A DNA stretch of 63,246 nt from an uncultured Oscillospiraceae bacterium (lineage in GTDB: Bacteria; Bacillota; Clostridia; Saccharofermentanales; UBA5734), in NCBI GenBank assembly GCA_964654125.1, contig CAZZGG010000003.1, forward strand, positions 1 through 63,246, written 5' to 3'. Numbering within the stretch: position 1 is the first letter of the stretch; every line of letters starts with the position of its first letter. The notes under the pieces were generated by a model. That model was not told the DNA's origin. It saw only the letters and a program-made list of their open reading frames with translations, and searched no databases. Below, one piece after another: positions 10,354-18,677 of the stretch. Made by a program: the position numbers and the translations under genes.

Positions 10354-11676
10354 GTGGGTGAGAATTTGTACAGATTGCCTGATGAGATAAAAACACGCTG
10401 GGCCAGTGCTGAAAACCCACATGGCCTGCCGGGGGCTGGTGGAAAGGTGGCCCATGGCCGCAAAGGCATGCCTTATTTTTTCTGCCGGCCTGGCCGGCCC
10501 TTGACGCTGGCTAGGGCCCAGGGACACAGCGGCATGATCCGTAGAATTTGGCTGACCTTACATGATATGTCACCCATGATGCTGCGCCAGTTGCGCTTGG
10601 AAATCTACTGGGATGATGCGCAGCAGCCAGCTGTCAATGTGCCATTGGGTGACTTTTTTGGCATGAGCCTGGGTCGTATGGCATCTTTTGCCGGAGCTCT
10701 TTTTTCTAGTCCCGAAGGGCGTAGTATGATCTGCACAGTTCCGATGCCTTTTCGTAAAAGCATGCGGGTAGTCTTGCATAATGACGGTATCAGTACAGCT
10801 GCCATGTTCTTTTACGATATCAACTACACCCTAGATGATCCTATACCTGCTGATGCCGGTTATTTCCATGCCTGGTACAACCAGGAGACACCGACCCAGC
10901 TAGGCCAGGACTATACTGTTTTGGCTTATCTTCAAGGCAAAGGCCGGTTTTTAGGGGCTTCCTTTGGTGTTGCCATGAATAAAAAGGAGTATGCTTCATC
11001 CTGGGGCGGCGAAGGTGAAATAAAAATCTTCCTGGATGGGGATCAGGCATTGCCGACCCTGTGCGGGACCGGTACAGAAGATTATTTTGGCACTGGCTGG
11101 TGTCAGGGTGAATTCTCCCAGGCCTACTGCGGCTGCCCGCTGGCTGATGAGGAAGACATGCTGATGACTTTTTACCGCTACCATGTCCCGGATCCGGTTT
11201 ATTTTCATAAAGATATCCGCGTGACCATGCAGCAGATTGGCAGCTGGAGTCCAGAGCTTTTACAGTGGTTCAAAGAAAATGGCAAGCAGGTGCTGCGGGC
11301 TGGCCTAGCGGCCCAGGATCCACCTGTTGCCATAGATCCAGCTGATCCGGCACTGCCTGCTTTTGATCTGTTTGAGCGCAGTGACAACTGGAACAGTACC
11401 TGCTATTTTTATCTGGACCGGCCTGAAAATGACCTGCCCGCCTTGCCGGGCTGGGAAGAGAGGGCCAGGGCCCTGCCCGACTTTAAGGAAGAGGAGTTGA
11501 CTCTAGTGCAAAATGATTTTCCCCAGATCAGGATCTTACGCCAATACCTGCCCAACCTAGATGAGATGGAGCTGGCCGAACTGGCCCAGTTGGCTGATGT
11601 AATAAACCAGGTGGTTTATTTTCTTAAGTTGCAAGAAGAGCAATTGGCAGATAAAAAAGAGGAGGCAGCTCCATGA
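10354..11676 (+). CDS. DUF2961 / glycoside hydrolase family 172-like protein
   Basis: 440 aa. The motifs RIWLT and GTGTEDYFGTGW, together with the overall length, resemble DUF2961 as I recall it. The family call is from memory. Confidence 0.55.
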   Translation: MGENLYRLPDEIKTRWASAENPHGLPGAGGKVAHGRKGMPYFFCRPGRPLTLARAQGHSGMIRRIWLTLHDMSPMMLRQLRLEIYWDDAQQPAVNVPLGDFFGMSLGRMASFAGALFSSPEGRSMICTVPMPFRKSMRVVLHNDGISTAAMFFYDINYTLDDPIPADAGYFHAWYNQETPTQLGQDYTVLAYLQGKGRFLGASFGVAMNKKEYASSWGGEGEIKIFLDGDQALPTLCGTGTEDYFGTGWCQGEFSQAYCGCPLADEEDMLMTFYRYHVPDPVYFHKDIRVTMQQIGSWSPELLQWFKENGKQVLRAGLAAQDPPVAIDPADPALPAFDLFERSDNWNSTCYFYLDRPENDLPALPGWEERARALPDFKEEELTLVQNDFPQIRILRQYLPNLDEMELAELAQLADVINQVVYFLKLQEEQLADKKEEAAP

Positions 11677-12737
11677 ACAGGCCGCTTTACCTGAATGAAT
11701 ATAAGCCGGTCAGCAAACTGCAGGTGGAGCAAAAGCCTGTGCCCAGGACCAGCTATCCGGTCATTGATGTGCATGGCCATTTTGGCGACCTTTATCTGCC
11801 TCTTTATGCCGCGGACCCGGCTAGCTGGCAACCGGCATCTGTGGCTGAGCTGGTGACAGCCCTGCAAAACCAGGGGGTCAGGCAGGTGGTTAACCTGGAT
11901 GGCTTCTGGGACGGCTTTTTGGGTCTTGAACTGGAACAGGTCTTTGCTGCCAGCGCTGATTATGCTGATTTTTTTCTCAACTTTGTTTCTGTTGATGTGA
12001 CCAGAATAAATGAGGCTGACTTTGCCCAAACAGTCAGGCGGCACCTGGCCAGGGCCCAGCGGCTGGGGGCACGTGGCATAAAGCTTTTCAAGCATGTCAG
12101 TTTGATGGTGGAAAAAAGCCCCTTTGTCTATGTGCCGGGCCGGGGTATCCGGATTGATGATCCACGCTTAAAGGTGATCTGGCAGACTGCTGCTGAGTAT
12201 GGCTGGCCGGTCCTGGTCCATATTGCTGATCCGGCATGTTTTTTTGATCCTGTCGACCAGCATAATGAACGCTACCTGGAATTGTTGGCCCATCCTGACT
12301 GGTCCTACACAGCTAGCGGCACCTATAGTTTTGCTGAGCTGATGCAGGCCCAGGAAAAGCTGCTGGATGATAACCCGGCTACGACATTTATCGTTGCCCA
12401 TGTCGGTTCCAATGCAGAAAACCTGGCCTTTGTCGCCCGCCTGCTGGACCGTTACGGCAACTTCTATGTTGATCTGGCAGCCCGGATTGATGAGCTGGGC
12501 CGCCAGTACCACACTGCCAGAAAGTTCTTTTTTGACTATTCTGATAGAATCCTGTTTGGCACTGATGTCAACTGTCAAACAGCCGCCTGGCTTTACCAGT
12601 CTTATTTTACTTTTTTAGAAAGTGACCAGGATGCAATTGCTGGCGGTCATTGGCCCATGACAGGCTTGAGCTTGCCAAAAAATATCCTGGATCAGGTCTA
12701 TTGGCAAAATGCGGCGCGGATTTTTAAGTTGATTTAA
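11673..12737 (+). CDS. metal-dependent TIM-barrel amidohydrolase (Amidohydro_2-like)
   Basis: VIDVHGHFG metal-binding motif near the N-terminus. ATGA start/stop overlap with the upstream gene. Confidence 0.65.
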   Translation: MNRPLYLNEYKPVSKLQVEQKPVPRTSYPVIDVHGHFGDLYLPLYAADPASWQPASVAELVTALQNQGVRQVVNLDGFWDGFLGLELEQVFAASADYADFFLNFVSVDVTRINEADFAQTVRRHLARAQRLGARGIKLFKHVSLMVEKSPFVYVPGRGIRIDDPRLKVIWQTAAEYGWPVLVHIADPACFFDPVDQHNERYLELLAHPDWSYTASGTYSFAELMQAQEKLLDDNPATTFIVAHVGSNAENLAFVARLLDRYGNFYVDLAARIDELGRQYHTARKFFFDYSDRILFGTDVNCQTAAWLYQSYFTFLESDQDAIAGGHWPMTGLSLPKNILDQVYWQNAARIFKLI

Positions 12738-12869
12738 AAAAATAATGATGTATATCAGGCAAAAAGACCAAAAAATCACTAGTTTGTGCTACTAAGTGAA
12801 AAATTTTCTTGTTTTATTATGGGGTGCTTTCTTTTATACTTGAAATAAAAAAGACAAGAAGAGGTTGAC

Positions 12870-13826
12870 ATGGAAAGCAATACCCAGAACATTGAGCTGA
12901 TTCTAACCGCCATTCCGGAACTAAGGAAAGCCAGTTTTCTAAACCAGATTCCTTCCGCAAATCCTCGCCTAAGTAAATATCAGATAGAGGATGCTAGCGG
13001 CGACAGATGTGTTTTGTATTTGGCCGACAAGAAAGACTACAGCCTGATAAAGCAGACATTTCATCTGATAAAAATGTTGCATGAGAACAAGATATTGGTG
13101 CCGCAAGCCTTGTGTTATGGAGTTAGCGAAAAAAATCTGGCTGCCTATCTGGTCACAGGCTGGCTTGAAGGTCAGCCAGCCGGCACTTTTTTACCGGATC
13201 AGCACGAGGTCAGCCAGTATCTATTGGGTCAGGAGACAGCTATCTTCATCAATTCAGTACATGCTTGCTCAGTTGATACTGAGAGCAATGGCTGGTCATG
13301 TTATATAGGCGAGCTGATTGGCAAGCTTGCCAGCCTGGCTGGACCTGCTGTGAATCAGGATGTTCTTAGGTTGCTTGATTTTGTCAGGCAGAATCAGGAT
13401 CTAACTCTGGGACGGCCCCAGAGTGTCCTGTATGGCCAACTGCTGGTGGACAATCTGTTTTGTGCCCCAGGCTCATGTGTTGGCCTGCCCAATTGGGAAA
13501 ACTGGCAATATGGTGATCCTTTAGCTGATCTGGCGTCTTTGGTGACAGACATGAGAAAGGTCAGCGATTTCTTTGTGACTGGTTTTCTTGATTGCTATTT
13601 CAGCTATAAGGTTGATGTAAAATCATTCCATTGCCTGGCCTTTTATGCTGCTCTTCATATGCTAAAAAAATATCAGGCTGCTGACGCGAAAGAAAGGGTT
13701 AAGATTGCCCGTGATATCAAGGCCATGAACAGGGAATACAGTAACTTCAGCTCTGTAGTGCCAAAATGGTATAAGCCTTTACCTAGGATCAACCTGGCCA
13801 GGGTGTTGAAAAAAACAGACCAGTAA
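12870..13826 (+). CDS. aminoglycoside/choline-kinase-fold (APH-like) protein with catalytic residues substituted (probable pseudokinase)
   Basis: 318 aa. Where the family has HGDxxxxN the sequence is YGQLLVDN. Where it has the (I/F)D(W/F)E metal site it is PNWENWQYGDPLADLA. The fold-typical GDP-x-DLA motif is retained. Confidence 0.6.
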   Translation: MESNTQNIELILTAIPELRKASFLNQIPSANPRLSKYQIEDASGDRCVLYLADKKDYSLIKQTFHLIKMLHENKILVPQALCYGVSEKNLAAYLVTGWLEGQPAGTFLPDQHEVSQYLLGQETAIFINSVHACSVDTESNGWSCYIGELIGKLASLAGPAVNQDVLRLLDFVRQNQDLTLGRPQSVLYGQLLVDNLFCAPGSCVGLPNWENWQYGDPLADLASLVTDMRKVSDFFVTGFLDCYFSYKVDVKSFHCLAFYAALHMLKKYQAADAKERVKIARDIKAMNREYSNFSSVVPKWYKPLPRINLARVLKKTDQ

Positions 13827-14723
13827 TTAGAATCTGCTCAGCCTGCTGGCCAATCTGGCTGGCAGTTTTTTTGCTGCCCGTCTGATTGCAGGTTTTAACA
13901 ATTCATGTCCCAGAGGACTGACATTCTGGTCTATTCTGCTGATTGCATCGCAAAACTCGTGGGCTTCTTCCAAATCGCTGCGGCGATAGTGACCCTTGAA
14001 GCTGCGGCCAAAGAGGCGCTTGCTGCAGCGGTTTGTTGCTCTTTCTGTCAGATGGTCAACTGCCTGGCGGACAATCTGTTCAGCCAGTTCAGTGGCCAGA
14101 CCTGCTTTTTCCGAATCAGGACAATACTGTAATGCTGTATTATAAGCATAAAAATGCCGGCTGAGCAGGGCGGTTTTTTGCCTCGCAGTATATAAATACC
14201 AGACAGGATTGGCCCAGCTCTTGTCAGCTAGACCGCTGGCTGCTTCAATCAGCCGCGCCCGCAAAGCATATACCTGCCAGTCATCCGGCTTCTGGTCAAG
14301 CAGCAGGCGGCTGTAACTGTTAAATTCCGGCAAATGCATTTGCTGGGCTGCTGCCTGCATCTTCTGGCTCAGTTCAGTGTAGCTGGAAAGCTGGTCCGCC
14401 TCTGTTGCACTGCCGCTTGGCTCAGGCTGGCGGACCGGCTTGATATCCTGGTCTGCCTGGGCGATCAAATCAGCCAGATCTGGCTTTTGCTCTGTTTTTG
14501 CCTCAGGCAGGGGAGGGGGCCAGGCTGGTTCAGGTTGGCTGGTATTGTCCTGTGGCTCTGGTCTGCTGCCAATGATACCGCGTAAACGGATACCGTTTGC
14601 GGTTTTTTGCATAAGGGAGCGGCTGCCACAATAAGGGCAGGTCAGATAGGCCTGCAGCGGCTGCTTGCTGTCAAGAGCAAAGCCACCTCCACAATGGGGG
14701 CAAAACTGATCAGTTTTCTCCAT
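13827..14723 (-). CDS. zinc-ribbon protein with Pro-rich linker and uncharacterised helical C-terminal domain
   Basis: CPHCGG...(21 residues)...CPYCGS at the N-terminus, then a PEPQDNTSQPEPAWPPPLPE linker. ATG 14723 follows GGGTGA. No family recognised. Confidence 0.55.
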   Translation of the reverse strand: MEKTDQFCPHCGGGFALDSKQPLQAYLTCPYCGSRSLMQKTANGIRLRGIIGSRPEPQDNTSQPEPAWPPPLPEAKTEQKPDLADLIAQADQDIKPVRQPEPSGSATEADQLSSYTELSQKMQAAAQQMHLPEFNSYSRLLLDQKPDDWQVYALRARLIEAASGLADKSWANPVWYLYTARQKTALLSRHFYAYNTALQYCPDSEKAGLATELAEQIVRQAVDHLTERATNRCSKRLFGRSFKGHYRRSDLEEAHEFCDAISRIDQNVSPLGHELLKPAIRRAAKKLPARLASRLSRF

Positions 14724-14785
14724 AAAATCACCCGTCAGCAATAATTATTAACTGATTATAGCATGATTTTACTAAAGTCCAGAAA

Positions 14786-14820
14786 TGAAAAAGACAGAGG
14801 ATGCCTTAGCATCCTCTGTC
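14786..14820 (-). terminator. rho-independent terminator of the acyl-CoA ligase gene
   Basis: Perfect 12-bp stem GACAGAGGATGC/GCATCCTCTGTC with a 4-nt loop (14793-14820), followed on the minus strand by TTTTTCATTT. Confidence 0.85.
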
Positions 14821-14899
14821 AGAACTGAACCGGGCGGCTGGCTTGATCAGGCTGGTTGGAGGAGCTTGGCCTGATCAGGCACAAAGAAAAGCCCAAAAG

Positions 14900-16705
14900 C
14901 TAATCAAACCGACGTCCATGTGCCGTTTTCATGGTCAGGTTCAGGGTCTTTAGCATTTTTGTAATGTGCTCTTGCTCTTGGGGACGACGCACCTTGAGCG
15001 TGGTTGTTTTAATTAGTTCCTGGTCAGTGAAGAAAAAATATTTGATTGCCTTGTAAGGGGGCAACTGGTGGTTGATCTGCCTGATCTGCTGATCCAGCCA
15101 GCTGCTGATGGATTTATCATCATTGCCGGCTTCTGCGGGCAGTTCGGCTGGATCAAGCACCAGTTTAGCACAGATGTCGATGGCGTCCCGGGCGGAGGCC
15201 TCACCCCAGACAATGGTCTCTTTGACGCCAGCAAGGTTATCAAACAAGAATTCAATCTCTTCCGGGAAAACTTTTTTTCCATTAGTCAGCACGATCATGG
15301 ACTTGGCCCGGCCAGTGATGTGGATACAGCCTTTTTTATCTAAAAAGCCTACATCGCCAGTCCTGAACCAGCCATCTTCCTGCATTACTTCAGCTGTGGC
15401 TGCCTCGTTTTCAAAATAACCCAGCATGACGCTGTCGCTCCTGGTCAGGATTTCGCCTTGGGCGCCTGGCCTGGTCTCATCTGTATCAATAGCTGCTTCC
15501 ACAAAGGCTAACGGATTGCCCACGCTGCCATAGACATTAACATGGTAGTTGCAGGCGGAAATGACAGGTGATGTTTCTGTCAAACCATAACCGTTAAAAA
15601 AATCAATGCCGATATCATTAAAAAAGGCAATTATGTCCTTGTTGATCGGAGCGGCTCCGCTGACACAAAGGTTCAGGCCGCCACCGACTGCTGCCAGGAT
15701 CTGGCCAAAAAGCTTTTGCCTGACATCCAGACCCAGCTTGCCCAGCCCTCGGGCCAGTTTGCGTATTATTTTGACCAGACCGGCCTTGCCGGATTTTTCC
15801 AGGTTTTTGTTGATCTGGCGATAGATATTTTCAAAAAGCAAAGGTACAGCCAGAATGATATTGATCTCCCACTCTTTCAGGTTCTGGACCAGATAACGCA
15901 GGCCATCCATGAAACAGACACAAATGCCATAAGCCAGCATCATGTACATGCCGACTGTGTTTTCAAAAGTGTGATGCAGCGGCAGGACCGACAAGGCACG
16001 CTGGTTTGGCTTGATATCCAGGGTGCAGACTACGGAATGGACATTGGCTGTGATATTGCTGTGGGAGAGCATGACTCCCTTGGACATAGCAGTGGTGCCG
16101 GAGGTGAACAGCAAAGAACACATGGCAGCCGGGTCGATCTGGGCTCCTGTAAAGCGGCTGTCTTTTGCGGCTAGCAACTTTTCACCTTGGGCAAGCAGAT
16201 GCGGCCACTCTAAAAAGCGCGGATCCTGCTGGACCAGTTCAGGCGTGATCAGATCCGCTTTCATGCAGATAAAATAACGGATGTCTTTATTCTCTGCAGC
16301 GACCTGCAGGGCAATCTCATGATGGGAGCTATTGTAAATAAAGGCTTCGGCGCGGCCGCGCCGGGCTAGGCTGGCCACTTCCACCTGAGGTAGTTGACGA
16401 TCCAGGGGTACACTGACACCAGTACCGTTGACTATGGCATTATGGGCCACTGCCCACTCGTAACTATTAGCACCCACCACTACTATGTGCTTGCCGGCCA
16501 GGCCCAGTTCATGTAAAGCAGTACCGATTTTGTCAATATCTGCTGCAAAATCAAGATAGCTTTTGATAATATCCGGTCCACCCGGCTCATCATGGTAACG
16601 GTAAGCCGGTGCAGCTCCATAGCGTGAGGCACAATCTTTGATTAAATCACGCAATGTGGTAAAGCGGGGTCGCTCATAGTATTTTTTGCCAGTGACAATT
16701 TGCAT
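14900..16705 (-). CDS. long-chain-fatty-acid--CoA ligase (AMP-forming)
   Basis: 601 aa. AMP-binding motif LLFTSGTTAMSKGVMLSH, GYGLTE, and a C-terminal domain typical of FadD-like ligases. Confidence 0.85.
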   Translation of the reverse strand: MQIVTGKKYYERPRFTTLRDLIKDCASRYGAAPAYRYHDEPGGPDIIKSYLDFAADIDKIGTALHELGLAGKHIVVVGANSYEWAVAHNAIVNGTGVSVPLDRQLPQVEVASLARRGRAEAFIYNSSHHEIALQVAAENKDIRYFICMKADLITPELVQQDPRFLEWPHLLAQGEKLLAAKDSRFTGAQIDPAAMCSLLFTSGTTAMSKGVMLSHSNITANVHSVVCTLDIKPNQRALSVLPLHHTFENTVGMYMMLAYGICVCFMDGLRYLVQNLKEWEINIILAVPLLFENIYRQINKNLEKSGKAGLVKIIRKLARGLGKLGLDVRQKLFGQILAAVGGGLNLCVSGAAPINKDIIAFFNDIGIDFFNGYGLTETSPVISACNYHVNVYGSVGNPLAFVEAAIDTDETRPGAQGEILTRSDSVMLGYFENEAATAEVMQEDGWFRTGDVGFLDKKGCIHITGRAKSMIVLTNGKKVFPEEIEFLFDNLAGVKETIVWGEASARDAIDICAKLVLDPAELPAEAGNDDKSISSWLDQQIRQINHQLPPYKAIKYFFFTDQELIKTTTLKVRRPQEQEHITKMLKTLNLTMKTAHGRRFD

Positions 16706-17027
16706 AAACCCTCCTGCTTCCTGTCAATCAACTAAGAAGCTTTGACTATCAAAGTATCATGATTGTAGCATGCTTATTTCCAAATAACAAGAGAGCTTTT
16801 GGCTTATTTTCAGGATTTTTTCAGAATTCGTTCAGTATAAGGCTAAGCTCTGTGGTCTTGGCCAGCAGGCTGGCCACTTTTGGCAGATAATGACATGATT
16901 TAGCAAATCCTGCTCTGATTACTGCCAAAAGCTTGTATTTGATTTGCCTGGAGTAGCTGACCGGTCTTATAATGCAGATGATACAACTTTGTCCATATTT
17001 CGTTTTACAGTGGGCTGGAGGTGGCTT

Positions 17028-17876
17028 ATGCAAGTAGGTATTGTAACCAGAAGCTTTCCGGATATGACAAATCAGCAGGCAGCAGATTTCATGGCCAGGA
17101 CAGGCTTTAGCGTGACAGAGCTTTGCCTGGTCCAGCAAGACAGTAATTACTGGACCTACAATGGCACATCCGACATCAGTGATCTGACAGAAGAAAAACT
17201 GACCCGAATTGCCCGGTTCTATCGTGATGCGGGCCTGACAGTTCATTCCTTTGGTGTTTTTACTAATTTAATTGAAGAAGACCAGGCAAAAAGACAGCAT
17301 AATCTGGACTATTTTGCCCGGCACATGCAGCTGGCCGCAGCTGCCCAGATTCCGGTAGTGGCCACTGAATGTGGCTTTGACCCGGACCATCGTGGCGTGA
17401 GGGCCACTGTTTATGAAGAACAATTTGATCGGCTTTTGGATTCCTTAAGCTGGCTTTGCCAGCAAGCGGAAAAGTATGGCCTTATTCTGGCTTTGGAACC
17501 GTGTGTGCTTGATGTAGTGCCCAGCGCCAAAAGGATGGCTGATACAATCAGTCAGGTTGGCTCAGACCGTTTACAGGTTTTGCTGGACCCGGCCAACCTG
17601 ATCGCCAACTCATCTGAAGCGGATATGTTTGCTTATCTGGGACCGCACATCTCTTATTTTCATGGCAAGGACAGAAAGGTCAATGATGCCTATGGCCGCA
17701 ATATAGGTGAAGGCGATATTGATTGGCCGCTTTTTATCCAGCTGCTTAAAAAAGAGCATGCTGAAGTCCCTTTTATTATTGAGTATCCCCGTGCCCACAA
17801 TTGTGCTGAAATATTACAGCGTGTCCGTGATTATGAAGGACAGGCTGCTTTATTGACAGGAGGTAAAAATGATTAG
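17028..17876 (+). CDS. xylose-isomerase-like TIM-barrel protein (sugar phosphate isomerase/epimerase family)
   Basis: ATG 17028 lies behind GGAGGTGG. Length and pattern (LALEP, LLDPANL, HGKD) fit the AP_endonuc_2 fold. Confidence 0.7.
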   Translation: MQVGIVTRSFPDMTNQQAADFMARTGFSVTELCLVQQDSNYWTYNGTSDISDLTEEKLTRIARFYRDAGLTVHSFGVFTNLIEEDQAKRQHNLDYFARHMQLAAAAQIPVVATECGFDPDHRGVRATVYEEQFDRLLDSLSWLCQQAEKYGLILALEPCVLDVVPSAKRMADTISQVGSDRLQVLLDPANLIANSSEADMFAYLGPHISYFHGKDRKVNDAYGRNIGEGDIDWPLFIQLLKKEHAEVPFIIEYPRAHNCAEILQRVRDYEGQAALLTGGKND

Positions 17877-18666
17877 TCTTGGCGTAAACACAGTTTTGTT
17901 CAAGGGAGTGGATTTTGCCACTGCTGCCCGGGCCATTAAGATGTGTGGCTATGATGGTCTGGAGATTTCCGCCATCAAGGGCATGTGCGAGCATCTTGAC
18001 CTGGAACGCTACCTGGAACAAAAGGATGAGATCAGGCAGGTCCTGGCCGAAACCGGTTTAAAGATGCTGGCGGCGGAAGTGGCCTCACTTGATCCGGAAC
18101 GCCTGCGGCAGGCCTTTACGGCTGCTGCAGACATTGGCATCCCGGTGATCAATGTCGGACCGGGTGGCCAGATGAATGATGAGGAATCCCTCAAGGAAAC
18201 TATCGAAAAACTGGCCCGGATGTCTGAGCTGGCCGCCAGATTCGGGGTGACACTTTGCTGCAAGGCCCATGTTGGTGCTGCCATCTTTGACACCAAAACC
18301 ACCTTGCGGGCCATGGCTGAGATCATGGAACCAGCCTTTGGAGTTGATATGGACCCCAGTCATGTCTACCGGGCTGGCGAAAATCCTGAACTGGCCCTGC
18401 CTCAAGTGCTGAGCCGGACCAGGCATATCCATATCCGGGACTGCCGCGGCCGGGGGCCTTCACCGGGTGAACCGGCATTACAGACCTGTGGTCGCGGTGA
18501 CATTGATTTATTTTCTTATTTTAAAGCCATGGTGGATGGCGGCTATATTGGTCCTGTCAACCTGGAAATTATCGGTCCAGAGCAAAGTTTTGAGCAGGCA
18601 GTGGCTATAGCGGCTGAAAGCTATGGCTATATGAATGCCTGCCTGAAGCAGCTTGATGCGCGTTAG
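17869..18666 (+). CDS. xylose-isomerase-like TIM-barrel protein (second paralogue)
   Basis: 265 aa. GYDGLEISA, DMDPSH and HIHIRD motifs. Overlaps the upstream gene by 8 nt. Confidence 0.7.
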   Translation: MISLGVNTVLFKGVDFATAARAIKMCGYDGLEISAIKGMCEHLDLERYLEQKDEIRQVLAETGLKMLAAEVASLDPERLRQAFTAAADIGIPVINVGPGGQMNDEESLKETIEKLARMSELAARFGVTLCCKAHVGAAIFDTKTTLRAMAEIMEPAFGVDMDPSHVYRAGENPELALPQVLSRTRHIHIRDCRGRGPSPGEPALQTCGRGDIDLFSYFKAMVDGGYIGPVNLEIIGPEQSFEQAVAIAAESYGYMNACLKQLDAR

Positions 18667-18677
18667 AGGAGAAGATT

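Noticed and set aside
17028-18666. The two adjacent TIM-barrel genes as a DgpB/DgpC-type (CarB/CarC) C-glycoside deglycosidase.
   Set aside because: As I recall, the known enzyme pairs one TIM-barrel subunit with a small (~150 aa) non-TIM beta subunit. Here both proteins are full TIM-barrel-sized paralogues, so the specific assignment is unsupported. Only the general oxidise-then-eliminate theme is retained.
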